A DNA stretch of 64,000 bases from Balanoglossus misakiensis (taxonomy: Eukaryota; Animalia; Hemichordata), in the NCBI GenBank assembly GCA_040954595.2, contig CM082583.2, forward strand, positions 10,429,656 to 10,493,655. Direction: 5' to 3'. Position numbers and translations under genes: made by a program. The notes beneath the pieces were generated by a model that was given only the letters and a program-made list of their open reading frames with translations, had not been told where the DNA came from and did not search any database. Below, one piece after another: positions 36,701 through 49,955 of the stretch (the first letter of the stretch is position 1; every line of letters starts with the position of its first letter).

Positions 36701-37146
36701 AATCGGCCAGTAAACCAAATATGTAATTTTAGGTATAGTCGAACAGGTGCCATTACTCTTGATTCCATTTTCAGCAATTGGAACCTTCGATCACTACACT
36801 GACTACAAATACTGATGGGGCGCTGGAGCATGATGATACACGTGCATATTTGACATTTTAATTTCCATAGATATTGATTGAGCTATATGTTAGCTGCACC
36901 ATATTTCTCATCAAAAATCAATACACCATGCATATTTGGAAAGCTAAGGATCTGAACTTTGATACCCGAGAACAGAATGCTGGTCAGTCACACTGTGTAA
37001 TTTTAGTAACAGTAATCCACTATTTGAAATTTTGACATTAAATAAATGATAACTGAATTAATGTATAGCAATGTGCTGTACTCACCGTAGATTGGACTTG
37101 TGCATATTGTAACCAAGACAGCGACTACAGCAAGAGACGGCACCAT
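30702..37146 (-). CDS. Secreted CUB/somatomedin-B repeat protein, paralogue A: SP-(CUB-SMB)x3-CUB-CUB
   Basis: Signal exon 37146-37086 (MVPSLAVVAVLVTICTSPIY), microexons 36328-36317 and 35857-35834, CUB 35446-35096, SMB 34932-34816, CUB 34539-34189, SMB 33909-33793, CUB 33567-33214, SMB 33063-32950, CUB 32686-32336, CUB 31234-30890, candidate terminal exon 30712-30702 (GKP*). All introns are phase 1. Confidence 0.85.
31559..31983. repeat. Two-copy tandem duplication of a ~210 bp unit in an intron
   Basis: 31559-31768 and 31769-31983 are near-identical (tagaaaacaatgggtttgaactg...ggattttcttgtaaa), with a few substitutions and small indels. Confidence 0.92.
35610..35690. repeat. Imperfect (ATCC/CCAT)n microsatellite
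   Basis: Run of atcc/ccat/ccac units in an intron of paralogue A. Confidence 0.7.
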
Positions 37147-40100
37147 TTTGAAGTGTCTGCTTTTTTCAGACAACATCAACTATAAGCATATCAATGTAGG
37201 CCAACTGTTTATATATGGGTACATTTGATACCATCAGAAACAAACGAACTATTTATTTAAAAAAACTATTTGTATGGGTTATCTAAAAATTCGATGTCCA
37301 CACATGCTACCATCCCCCTGGTTCCCAGTCAAAATTTCCAATCAGCAAAGTACCAGTTCTGTTTGAAGTGTGAATTCACAATTCCTCTTTTGACCCAATT
37401 TCAACATTCTAATGCTCAGTGGATCAGCTAATTAAATTAATTGAAACTCCTACGGGCGCGGTGTTATATGTGGAAAGCTCTATAGGCTGCTCATCCTTTA
37501 TATGCCAAGGCTCAGAGCTGTGATAAATTATAGGGTCAGGTTATTCGTTAACGAAAAGGGATTGAGAAATTTGAACATCAGTTCGACGAAAGCTTGTTGC
37601 AACTCAGTTAGGCATCGGATATTGAGCAAACCCAAGCTAGTGTATGAAATTGTCTCAGGTTGCTTTTGATTAGCCAATTCCATTCTCAAGTCTACTTGCC
37701 TTTTTCTAAAATAATGGAAGCAAAACACTATTGCCATAATGCTTTGAACATTCGGATATTGTTTTACAGCTGTTTACTGGTTCCGACTTCAATGCAATTT
37801 GTCTAAAATTCAACAGTCTAATCTTCACACATCACACTCAAAATATTGATGTAAAGAGAACGCCCTCTATTAATAGTCAATGTACAGTGTACGTGAACAT
37901 CTTGGTGATTAACATTTGACCTACACATACATAAACTTTGATTTCTACAACACCCCCCCCCCCCAAGCCAGAAACTTGCTACTTTAAAAAAGGCCAATGA
38001 AAACCTCTCTTTACCATTCAGCATACAAAACTATTAAGAAAGATTTGTGGAGATTTTTATCTATGCCAAGTGAACGATTAGTCATTTTGTTCGTGAGGTG
38101 ATGCTCACTTCATAGTATTATGTGACATTTGCCGGAAACATGATCGTCGACTGTGATCACCAGTCGACCTCTACACATGGGGAAGTGTCGACATTTACGT
38201 GTCAGCTAGCGCATTGCTGAAGGATATACCGGTATAATGACAACTACAATTCTCACCGAGCTTCCTCACTGTCATTTAATATTTACACCTGAAAGCTACA
38301 TCTTTTAATTCAATCACTGCTGTCTCACGAAATTTCATAGGCTGTACACGTGCATTGTACCATATCTTATTAACACGCTAACACTTTTGCGTGTACGTTA
38401 CCATGCCTAATTTAATTAACCATGTGATACTACTCCCCAAAAATACGAACATCTCGATATGAAACCACATTAAAATTCGACCTGCTTTTAAACATCTTCT
38501 TTTTCACCTGCACACCAAAACCAACAGACTGTTAAAGCAAAATGACTTCTTGAAATAATAATCTTTAATGCAGTATTTACATTTGCATCAAGTCAGTTTA
38601 TCATATTTTGTACTAATTTCATTGAGCAATGACGTTTTCCACTAAGTGGTACATTATTTCTACACTGACATGTACTCACACATTGCGTCTAAGTGTAAGT
38701 ACAAATAGATACACATCTCTCTGTGAATTCAAAACTGAAGCCGTTGACAATGTAAAAAAGACGTAGCCACTGAGACTTAAAGAGGATTGCAGTGGTCTAA
38801 CGACCGATGAATATTTCAACAAGCATGTTAACATGATGGAGTTCGTTTGCAGCATAGTAATCAAAATATCAAAAGGTAACCATAGTAGCCAACGCGTACC
38901 AATATGGTACTTTATTATCGTGTATTAATGAAAAAATTGTAAAATCAAATTCCAACCCCTGGCAATATCTGAAATACAAAGAAACGGGCAATTACGAAAC
39001 ACATACCGTATGATCACCCCATGGATTTATGACGTCATCGTTGATTTTACAGTCATGATCACGATCAGGAGTCATGACCACTCGTCCTATATCTGAGAGG
39101 TATTTGCAACTTGATGAGGCATTATCGTTATGAACTACTTACAATGGGAGCAGAGTTCTTCTGAATTAACACAAGTGAAGGCCCTCCTGCAATTATACAC
39201 AGGTCCACTCAATGTGAGAGTTGCATCCAAGCAACGGGTTGTTATACACTCAACACGTCGTTACTGTGATTCTCTGTAGGAAGCCTCTGCTATACACATG
39301 ATACGAGTAAGCTTATTCTCCCATGTACCTTGTTACACACAACATCAGAGAAAGGAGTATCGCACTGGTTTTGAATGAAAATAAAAAAACTCCCATAAAT
39401 TATTGTAACTTACTGATTCATTTGAAAAGGAAACATTTTACTTGATTTACAGTTTAACTTTCAGAGGAGACAGACTTGCAAAACCAGTTCAGTCCAGGTC
39501 AAAACATCTGTTGACCCTTAGTAGCGCTTCACCGTTAAATCGACAATCTTTATTTTCTGTATTTGAGTAAACTGTACATGGCGCCGTTGCATGAATTCTG
39601 GGAGAAACATTCGATAAGCAGCCCCCATCAAAATTCTACCCGTGTCTTCCCGAATGATGTGATTGAACACTATTACTAATGGGTACCATACTCCTGCGAT
39701 AAGCCGAGCTAAAACACAACGTTTCTTCTATTTGTTCTGTAGTAGGTAGGCTATGTGATTTACACATACAGAATGTGGCATCAGTGACACCATTTGGGCA
39801 GACTGTTCGTCTCAATTCCATGCTGGAACTCGACACACGCTGACAAAACACTATGTCGGCTCATTTGCTAAAAGCTGGTGTTATATGACCAGAAGGTTGT
39901 ACGGCTTCGTAATATGGGTATAATCTTGTAGGAAAAGTTGTCAGAAGACTTACTGATAATGAGAACGGGAGATATTAAGCTGTTGAGAGTGTTTAGTCAT
40001 TTTTCTCACCGCTGACGTGAAACTCACAATTACATCAAGGTCGTAGGTTGCACATGCTATATCTACTAGAACAGTAACGTATGCTTAGCATTTGATTCCA

Positions 40101-43100
40101 CTGGCAATAGAAATATTTAGACTTTAGAAGTTACGTGCAGATGTCCGTCCATACATTACATGCTGAGTTTGACTTGCTGTATAGAATATATGTCAAAGTT
40201 TAAAAGTGAAACAGAAGTTGTTGTACCGGTACAAGGCAGTTTCAACACTCTGATCAGGAAAGAGATTATATTACCAAAATTGGACCAAATTTTCATCACA
40301 AGTAGCCTAATGCCAAGCATCCAATCTCCTGAAATTGTACTGAAGTAGTAAGAAGAAAACAGTGACAGCTGTAGGGCAGAAAATCCTCAAATGAATGTGA
40401 ATTCATCATAATATCAGACCTGAATATTTTAGTATTGAAAAGTGCCCTGTGCTTTTGGAAGGCAATGCAACAGAAGTAAACTGATCTGTCTGTGTCGTAT
40501 GCACTTCAAGGAATCAACCAGCCTTGCCCAAAACCCAAATATAGGAAATTAAGGAAGCAGACATATTCCCTTGGAGGAAATTGGGATAATCCGGAGAAAT
40601 CTCGTTGTAGGCGAGAAGAACTTTACAAGTACCATGTGAACTTTCCAAGAGTTCATTTTCCTATAACATGTGTACTATTATATAATGTTACAGTCTATAA
40701 TGCATGTCTGTCGTCAACGCTTAGTTCAAAAGAAAATAAAGTTGGATTTTCTGCCGGCTTTGTTATTTCTGTCTAGCTGTGTGGTCATTTTAATTTTGTT
40801 TGGAAAAGTCCATGAGGGGGAAACCGTTTACAAGATTGGCAACGAATATGAAATGAATGATGTTTCCTTTTGCTTCTGATATTGTTTTGCTTTTGCTGCT
40901 AGCAAAATAGACATGTCTATACTTTCTCAGAAGGAAGGTGCATTAGCACAATTGGATGAGTATTGAGAAGATTTAGTAAGGGGTAAGTTGGGGGGGGGGG
41001 GGGGCTGATCGGTATGGCTGCAGGCTATAACAATCCCATGAACGATTTTATAATATTCAGGTTGTAAAGGTTCACGTCAAAGCTTCTGTTTAGATTATGA
41101 TAAATCAGTGATTAATTCCGTATGAAATTAGCGCTAGAAGTTTCTTGGAAACATTTGAAGGTACTTAGGTGTTGTATTAGGCATTATTATTATTTATATG
41201 TATCTACACATTAAAAGGACAAGAATTGATTATTGCCAGTTTGGGTAGCTTTCCCATCACAATGCAGTTCACAGTAGCATCGTGCTAATTACAGAAGTGA
41301 CTGACAGTGTATTAAAAGAGTACAAAGAAATAGGCATGCAGTCATTATTTCTCCCAATCTTTTCTAATGTGATCAACGCCTACATCCCTGCATGCCCGCT
41401 TGCACATAAGAGAAAGACGTGGACTTTCAAAAGATTCATCACCCAGAAGAATACTTGAACACAACACGGAAGACAGAAAGTGAAAATGCAATTACCAGTC
41501 ACTTGAAAGAGCTGCGTGTCGATCAGTCTTAAGTACAGCAACTCATTTATTTTCGGGATCTGTAACGTTATAACAGCAGTGACGTGTATGCTGAGCATGG
41601 TACTAGTTGTTATCACGTAATCAGGAAAGTTCCAATTGGTGACGTCATTGCATGGTTGGAATCAGTATTTGCTTTCAGTGAGGATTCCGATGCAATCTTC
41701 CTTCAAAAAAGACACATTTCAGTCACTAAAAATATGTAAACCGAGCATACGTGTTTCCGTGTTTGGATAACATTATAAACTCTATACTTCCACTCAAACA
41801 GATCTCGAGACAGATGCATATCCGGTACTAGTAGGCGACTTGTTAAATCTCTGTTGTCTGCAATTGAAACTTAATTAAGTAGCATTTTATTAGCCATTGA
41901 AACTTTCCTCATTGCAATAGTTCCGTGCCAGTTCACGATTAGAAGCTGCTTTTATTAAATCTAGAAGTTTAAAAAATATTTGGTTATAAGCGGGTCAAGA
42001 TCGTGTACTACGAGCATAGTCTGAATGTGTCAGTAATTTGTGAGAAGTCGTGACAAACAGAGAGAGTGATGGCCGATTAATACATTTGTCTGTCTTTAGG
42101 GCCAGCTTATCGATTTGAAGGTTGAAATGAATTCAGTCCATGTATAGACTGTGAGATGAACAGCTTTAAACATCTGAATGAACAGCATAGATTGTCTTTC
42201 ATTAGGAATACGCAATGTCCAGGAAAATGAGCTATGCCCTAAAAAAGCAAGGCTGATACAGATTAAGAGATTTCATAGACCCCTTATTGAAAATGTTAGG
42301 AAACAAGGTAATTGGGTCAACGTCTTGTCTCCACCCACAAATCTCAAGGTACTTTCATTTCTGTTAACAAGTTAAACACAAACTGCAATCAGAATTTCGA
42401 CCTTTTCTTATTAATCTATAATGCCTTGTATGAAGTAGAGCATGGAACAATATCTCAACAGGCTACGGCTGCTGCAGTCTTCAAAGTACCACAAACTGAT
42501 AAACATTGGAAATTGAGAAAAACATCAAAGGTAAAGACCTTCACAGCAGGAATAATAAAAGCAATTTGTCATATGTTCCTGATACATATGAACAGCATTA
42601 GCGTTCGCCGTCACCGCAGATACAAATGAAAATGTAATGCAGCCATATAAAGTAATTTTCTCATGACAGCTACATCCACAATAATTAGTTGTAGTAATAA
42701 ACCACGGTATTTCCTGCAGAATATTTGGGGCGTCGATGAACGCAATAAAAATCGTCAGCATGTCAAACATATTGCCAAGAAGTATTTACCATGGGGGGTA
42801 CAGCTTCAACAAAATATTCCGAAGACATTTCTCCTGTAAATTGTATTGAGTTGCTATACAAAGCATGTTTCAGTCCAACGACAAGTGTTACTCCTGAGAG
42901 ACAAATGACTTTGATTTTGTGAAAGTAGTTTCCCGCTGGGTGCATAAGTGAATTTCCATTCAGTTCATGATCACATTATTGAAAAGACGCATGTAATTTC
43001 ACAACCCATTTCTTATAATAATAAGAGAGAGTATTAGTAAAAGTCAAATATTATATGAATTTCTCTGGAGGTCTGTTTAACATTGTATATTCATTATGAA

Positions 43101-46100
43101 TTACCAAGGCCTTGATTGTCGCCCTTAATACAGAGAGGAGTTCGGGTATTACACAGAATAAAATGTCTTAATGCCAACAAACTCTGAATTCTAATACGAT
43201 TTTAGTGAGGATATATTGTCTTCTGAGGAACCCTTCACTTATTTTCTTGTTACTGAATAGACTGTGGCAATAATATGAAAACCTAGCACTGACCTGAGAG
43301 TGATTGGTTGTATTGCTTGAGAGTAATCTGAATTTCAAGCAGGGTTTTTTGTGTATTGAACACAGCTTTCCATATATAATACTTAATTTCTTAACTCGTC
43401 CTACTGATAGGATTTGGTGAATTCACTGCATGACCATGAATACAGTGGTGCTCATTACAGCCGATGATGTGTCAAGTATTACAGTTATATGCACCTGCAG
43501 ACTTTATTTGATTGCTTGTCTTATCAGCGTCTGTGCTCTTCTGTTAAAAAGTGAAATCCTACACTAGACAATTCTTCTCACGTTTCGCGCATCAATTTTT
43601 GTCAACTTTTAGTGTCCTTGCCCTCCTATGAACTCAGGATAGATGTTTTCCAGAGTCGCAGAAACTAAAGTTGTTTCACCAGAAGGAATCATCAATATTG
43701 AAGAAGTGCCTTAGATACATTCTAGAGAATAGATTGTTCACAAATTTCATGGGGGTATGAGACAGTGTGGAGCTCTGTCCAACTCCGAGGCCATTAACAA
43801 AGAATAGCAAGCAATTCTATGAGGGTCTGTCATGCTGCCTTTATACCCGGTAGATCTCTGAGGAGAGCTACTGAACCGTCAGCATTACGGTTATTATGAG
43901 CAGAAGTATGACTGGGACTCTAATTGGCAGCGTTGTTTACCATTTCAAAAAGTGGGATGAAGACAGGGGAGTGATTAAGACTGAGAATTCCTGTAAGTTG
44001 AAGAATGAAATGCCAGATGAGGTCATCCGCAGATTTCTTGCTATCAGAAGAAAACAATACATAATGCTGGAATGGTAGTGACCAGATGGTACAGAAGGTG
44101 ATGGAGGGCCGAAGGTCATGACTGCATGTGAGGATGGAGATTGCAATAAGTAGAGAGAGGGACACATGAACACAACAGCATCAATGCGATCATCTCCAGA
44201 GCTGCAGTGTACAGACGACGGTCACCATTCACCATGGCTGAGAGCATTAGATGGATTACCAATCTTACCGAACTCTCATAGTAAAAAAATCCAAGAATCA
44301 TACATAATGGTTTAGCTTATTAAAATTAGCAGTTAATACCTGGGGCCCAAGACCACTTAGAGCCCCATGAGCTGCCACGTTTTGCATTATTTATTACTTT
44401 TATTACGCAAACCTTCTGAAAGGATTTTTTATGATACTGCAGCACTGAAAATGGGTCTTTGGTAATATTCTGTCAAAACGTAGTATCAACTGAATTCATG
44501 TTTGGTAATTATAACAATCTGTCTATCTCAAAGACATACCTGTACTGTTACCTTGTACATCTCTGCCATTTATAATTATATAGGGGATACATGATTGGAT
44601 TTGACAGTCACGGCGTCTTAGATTATAACATTTGAGTACAAATCCCTTCCCATCTTTCATCATTCTGCAGTACAACTCAATCCAGTTTAAGTAACTTGCA
44701 GTCATTTTTTTGCCATATTGTTTGATAAATTTTCTTGCATATTCCACTTGCACAGCAAGAGTGATATCAGTACTTCACCTTCAGGAAATTAATGTGGAGA
44801 TAAGACATTGCTCATTTCTTGCTTATTAAACTTTCAATCTCCTAAAAAACAGCAGGTGTTTGGTGCCACCAACTGGTGGCATTTTGTACAGTTTCCTTGG
44901 CAACATGGAAAGTTTACTCGGGTTTCCAGGGGGTTTCCAAGGCTTCTTGGCATCAATGCAATCAGTGGGAATGCCTCTCTCGATTAATGGAGAGAACACA
45001 GGTGGCTTCGTGACGTCTATTCATTTGCTTCAAGGCAATATACCTTGCCATAACCTTCCTTGACATCAATGAATTACAGCATACCTTTCAACGGCTTTTG
45101 TATCACCTATGTTGCAGCATACGGCTCAAAACTTGTACTTCAAGCCGTCAGTGTAAATTGTGATTGACATTTAAGACCATACATTTGATCATGGTATAGC
45201 GTTGATTTACAACTAACTGGTCGTGCAATACAGCACTTGGACATTATAATTTAACAACAGTTTATATACCACTTGTCGCCTTGTCGCCATTAATCAAACC
45301 TTGCCTCTTTTTTACCCATAACTGATCGTCTCGTCATGACCACATGACGTTCTTTTGTTTCATTCTTTCTGCTGGCCTCAGAGTTTTACAACAAACGGTA
45401 TCTAATTCCGTAAACCTCCTATATAGTGCTGGTCCATTTACTCTTAGTAATGTGGAGTTTCATTTTGAATTTGAGCTATTTGCCGCAAAAGCTAAAAAGT
45501 CTCATTCTATGATATTGTTGTTTCATTAGTTATATAATCTTCTTTTCGTCATTATGCTTATTAGGTTGTGAAAATCGCTGCCTAGCCGCACAATAAATTT
45601 AGGTATTAGGTGCAGATTAATATAGTTATTAAACCAGGAAGTAATATATCAATGGATTTATATGTTAAAAGGGTCAAAGCAGGTTATAACATTTGACAAT
45701 ACATCATGATATATATAACTTGTGTGAGGAGTCGTATGTATTATCCGTGAGAATGCAAATGGTTGATTGACCGATTTTCCGAGTACCGTTACACAACACG
45801 TGTTCCAGATATTCGAATTTCCAGCGTGCGTCAGTATATTGAACAGCGTAGCAATTCTGTGAACATTGAGTCATTATCTGGGACACCTAGTTGTGCACGT
45901 ATGATGTGCCCTAGGGGGCCCTACTGCTATTGGTTTACAAGAATCAAACTTTTTCAGTAGAATGGTTCATATATTTTCACAATGTAGGCATTAAATTAGA
46001 GGCAGGTAAAAACCTCACCGTACGGATGCATTGCTGCAGCAGCAATTCTGCATTACCTCACAGTATTTTCTGGATTAGAAAGAAACCGTATACTGACATG

Positions 46101-48863
46101 AGTTTCAAGACATTTTGAAGTTTAACAGGTCACTCGATAAAACATGATTGTATATGTATAAAAACTGTCACCCCCAAATAAAACATGTTTCAAGCCACGT
46201 CAAAATCATTCACCAACGCCGACACACTCCACTGCTATGCGCAACAGGAGCTCATAAGACGCCGCAGCTGGTCTGCTGATCCTGTTGATGAGTGGGAGCA
46301 ATTCCTCAGGGGTACAAAACCTTCTAAACCTTGTCATCTTGGACTGTAGCCGAAGGGAGGGCGGGGCAGGGAAAGTGCAGCTGGCCTCCTGCATGAGGGG
46401 TTGCCACTCGAGGAGAAACCTATCCAGGATCAAGGGACCAAAGTTGGGAAATCAGGGTGGGGCACGTCTGATGACAGGAAAGTGATTCACACTGACATAC
46501 TCAACAGTTTTATCAGCGCTTGAATGAAAATAGGTGAACCTGCAAATGTGTTTTCTCACCTAATAAATGATTTAAAACCGCAAAGTTAATACCAGCAAAG
46601 AACGTCGCTGAACAATGGATGTTAATTAATGGCAAAATTATCAACACTTTTGTTTTTTTTCCAACTGCAGAGCTTGTAATGCTCGGTCATGTGTCACGGG
46701 AAAGAAAGGTATATTCACTGAATTTATTCTGAATAAATTACAACGTCAAGTGGACTTCGATAAGGCATTATGCTTACCTAGACTCCAGTAATGCGTAAGA
46801 AGTGACAGACTTCATTAAAGTTGTTCGGCATTAATCCATGCCTGTGCAAACACCATCTGGAATCCCATTTCTAACAAGCATTAGATGGGATTGAGTTCAC
46901 ACATTTTTCATGTTGTCGTCGAAACTTTTTGAACATTACAATTCAAGTGACGACTCAAGGCTTTTGTCAGAGACGACAGAGAGAGAGACGTTTCAAAATG
47001 ATTAAAAGCAAAGTGAGTCAAAGTCAATTGGGATTCATTCCTGCATATGTTTCGAAGGCCAAATGCTATCATAGCAATAAGGGAGGTAGATAACGCCCAT
47101 TTCAGTCATTAAGCATTTTCATAACATTATTTTTGCGACAAAATCTGATATGTTGTTTCAACCTTAGCCATTTCGACTCACTTCCGAAACCTGACGAAGC
47201 AACTGTACAGACGTAGCAGGCACATCCGTTATTTGTGCTGTCTTGAGTGTGAGGTCTTGTCCCTCAAGGCTGAGAAAAGAATAAGCTGGAAATTAAATCC
47301 TGTGGAAATTTGCAGCGAGTGTTGCGTTTTGGTCATATCAGAAAAACAGTAATCTGCGGCAAATGTAATTTTGCGAAGAAAAACATTTAATGTGAATACT
47401 GGATCTTGCGAAAATACATACATATCCAATTATCCCTATTATCCTGTTACAAATTGATTCGTTGCCTTGTGAGTGCTCTGTTAATGTGCCTTATGTAGTA
47501 TGGATTACAACGTTGACAATTAGTGACAAACGGTACATCCGACAAAGTTTACATAAAATGAGTCAGTGTAATGGAGCTCAGAATGGATTTCCCGTGCGAT
47601 CCACCATTGGCTCAGATTTCTCGTTGCGAGATGACCTATAGGTTTACTTCTAATCAGTGCCAGCACTTGGGGGTTGCCCCATTCTAGTTTTTGTGTTTCC
47701 TGAAGACTGTCTGTGCCTGAGGTTGCAACAAATACAGCTTGGAAAGGAAATAAAAAAACACTCAGCGACTTGCATACTGGGCTATTCTGCTGCTGATCAT
47801 GATTAAGAAGCGCTTGATTTTTTCTCTCTGTTGATGTTACATGTAGTTGATTGTACCACCGAATTTTATCCATACAATACTGCTAAAAGAACGTTCTTAC
47901 AAATGCAGTGCGTCTTGTGTTAAATTCCATTCAAAAGTACAATCTTCATGTTAATTTCAAAGTATGGAGGGGAAATTTTGCCTCAGATTTGTATGTACAT
48001 GTACTGTATACGGTATTACATCACAACTACACAATATTAGACAACACAATTGAGAAACATGAATATATTTATTTTCCATTAAATGTTAAATATAGTTCAT
48101 AAAGACAAATGATGTTTTAGCCGCGTTGAGTCTGTGTCTTAATGTAAAGAAATTTAAGATTAATGGCAAAGGTCGGTCTGAAAAGTGGTTGATATCTATA
48201 CTGTTTAGCCGACAGGAGTGTCCCTTAGAGCAAGATATGGCTAATATATTCCTAGATCCTTTGCTTGTGTCACTCAACTGGTGTCTTCCAACAGAGATCT
48301 TACGTATTCTCGCACAGCTTCTGGTCGTTTCTTATCTATAGCCCTTGCAGGAGGGAGGTTAAATTTATTCAATTGCTTTTACTGTTCCGCATGTTGAAAC
48401 GTCTTTTAGTCAGGTATTCAACTCAACCTGCGTGTTAGCACGACGGAGAGAACCAAACTTTTTCAGTGGCAAATGTCAGGGTTCCAGGTTTCTGATTAGA
48501 TGGGGCGCCAGCTGGTACACCCATTTACAGTTGTTGTTCACTTGCATGAGTGTTGTGGAAGGAGAATTCCCTTGTTATTACAGCTTTTGATCAGTCAATC
48601 ATGTCTTTTGAGATAATGCCACTGAAATCCGTGTTTTATTTCTTATCATACCGTTATGAACAAAGCTTTCATCTTGAAACAAACAAAAAATACGAAGGGC
48701 TCACATTACGTTGAAAATATTGCTTACGATCCACTTACATTGCGTTTCAATAGATAATGCTATAAGAAACCGATGTACCGGTAGTTGATACATGGAACAT
48801 ATATAAAATACCAAATAAAAGAGATTCATTATTAATCATATTCAACCATTGATTGAATGTCAG

Positions 48864-49955
48864 TCATATTATATTGGTGGTTGTGTTTTTTTCACTGTAA
48901 ATGTTGATGCTGGATATATAAGTGCTGTTATTGTTTGTATTTCTTCTGCTTTTACCGACAAACGAATAGTTCTGTTTTCGTTTCCTTGAGCTCCGTAGGG
49001 TTTTCCTAAAGTTGCTTCCCATAAACGAATAGATTATAGGATTGAGACAGCTGTTGATATAGATCAAGCATATGGCCGCGAATCGCGTCATCTTGAAGCA
49101 ATGGTTGGATGACAGATGAGGGGTCGTCATGGAAATGAAATTCAAAATGTAGAACGGAAACCAGCAGATGGTGAAAGCAAGAACGACCACCACCACCAGC
49201 GTCGCAATACGCCTGGTGTGTCCTTGCAGTTTGGTGTTGTCCGGTCGAATTTTCCTTCGGGCGATGATAAACGTGAAGATGTTGGCATAGCAGACCAAGA
49301 TACAGCAAAGAGGGAGAGCAAATCCCCCGACAAAAGCAAAGATGAAAAATGCCACGGGACCAGCGTTGGAAATGCCATCTGGCCAGTCAGTGATGCAAAC
49401 TGCTGACACCTCACTGTAAGGGTAGACAGAGGCATAGATCCAGAGCGGCAGTGAAAACAGCAGAGACAACATCCAGATGACAATAGTCAAAATACGTGCC
49501 TTGCGAACTGTTCGGTATGAGATACATCTGATCGGACGTACGATGGCTAAATAGCGATCAACGCTCATGGCAGTCAACAGGAAGATGCCGGTGAATTGGT
49601 TCATTCCGTCAAATCCAACAAAAAACTTGCACACAATTGTTCCGAACGCCCATTCTTTCCTTGAGTACTGATATGCGGAGAAAGGCAAGGTGATAACATA
49701 GAGGAAGTCTGCAATCGCTAGGTTTAGAATGAAGACACTGGGAATAGAAGGAGTTTTGCGAGAATCCCGAAACAAGACAAAAATAACGATACAGTTTCCA
49801 ACAGCACCGACAAAGCAAATTATGGCAAACGTTATCGGTATTACCTTTCCCCGAAACCAAGCGTCACTGATTGCAGTGTCAGATACATTAAAACTCTCAA
49901 CATCGAGGCGAGAATAATTGTAAGCAGTTTCAGATGCATGTCTTATCTCTGTCAT
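48864..49955 (-). CDS. Intronless rhodopsin-class peptide GPCR, somatostatin/allatostatin-C receptor-like
   Basis: Seven TM segments: GN (TM1), FILNLAIAD (TM2), WAFG..CK..FDGMNQFTGIFLLTAMSVDRYLAIVRP (TM3, SSTR-like), CWFPF (TM6), NSCLNPIIY (TM7), and N-terminal sequons NYS and NVS. The first in-frame ATG is at 49955; the ORF is open from 50039. Confidence 0.88.
   Translation of the reverse strand: MTEIRHASETAYNYSRLDVESFNVSDTAISDAWFRGKVIPITFAIICFVGAVGNCIVIFVLFRDSRKTPSIPSVFILNLAIADFLYVITLPFSAYQYSRKEWAFGTIVCKFFVGFDGMNQFTGIFLLTAMSVDRYLAIVRPIRCISYRTVRKARILTIVIWMLSLLFSLPLWIYASVYPYSEVSAVCITDWPDGISNAGPVAFFIFAFVGGFALPLCCILVCYANIFTFIIARRKIRPDNTKLQGHTRRIATLVVVVVLAFTICWFPFYILNFISMTTPHLSSNHCFKMTRFAAICLIYINSCLNPIIYSFMGSNFRKTLRSSRKRKQNYSFVGKSRRNTNNNSTYISSINIYSEKNTTTNII

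Noticed and set aside
23351-37146. A single cubilin- or tolloid-like gene
   Set aside because: Two separate 61-nt signal-peptide exons, two candidate stop exons and a duplicated domain order; no EGF or astacin domains seen.
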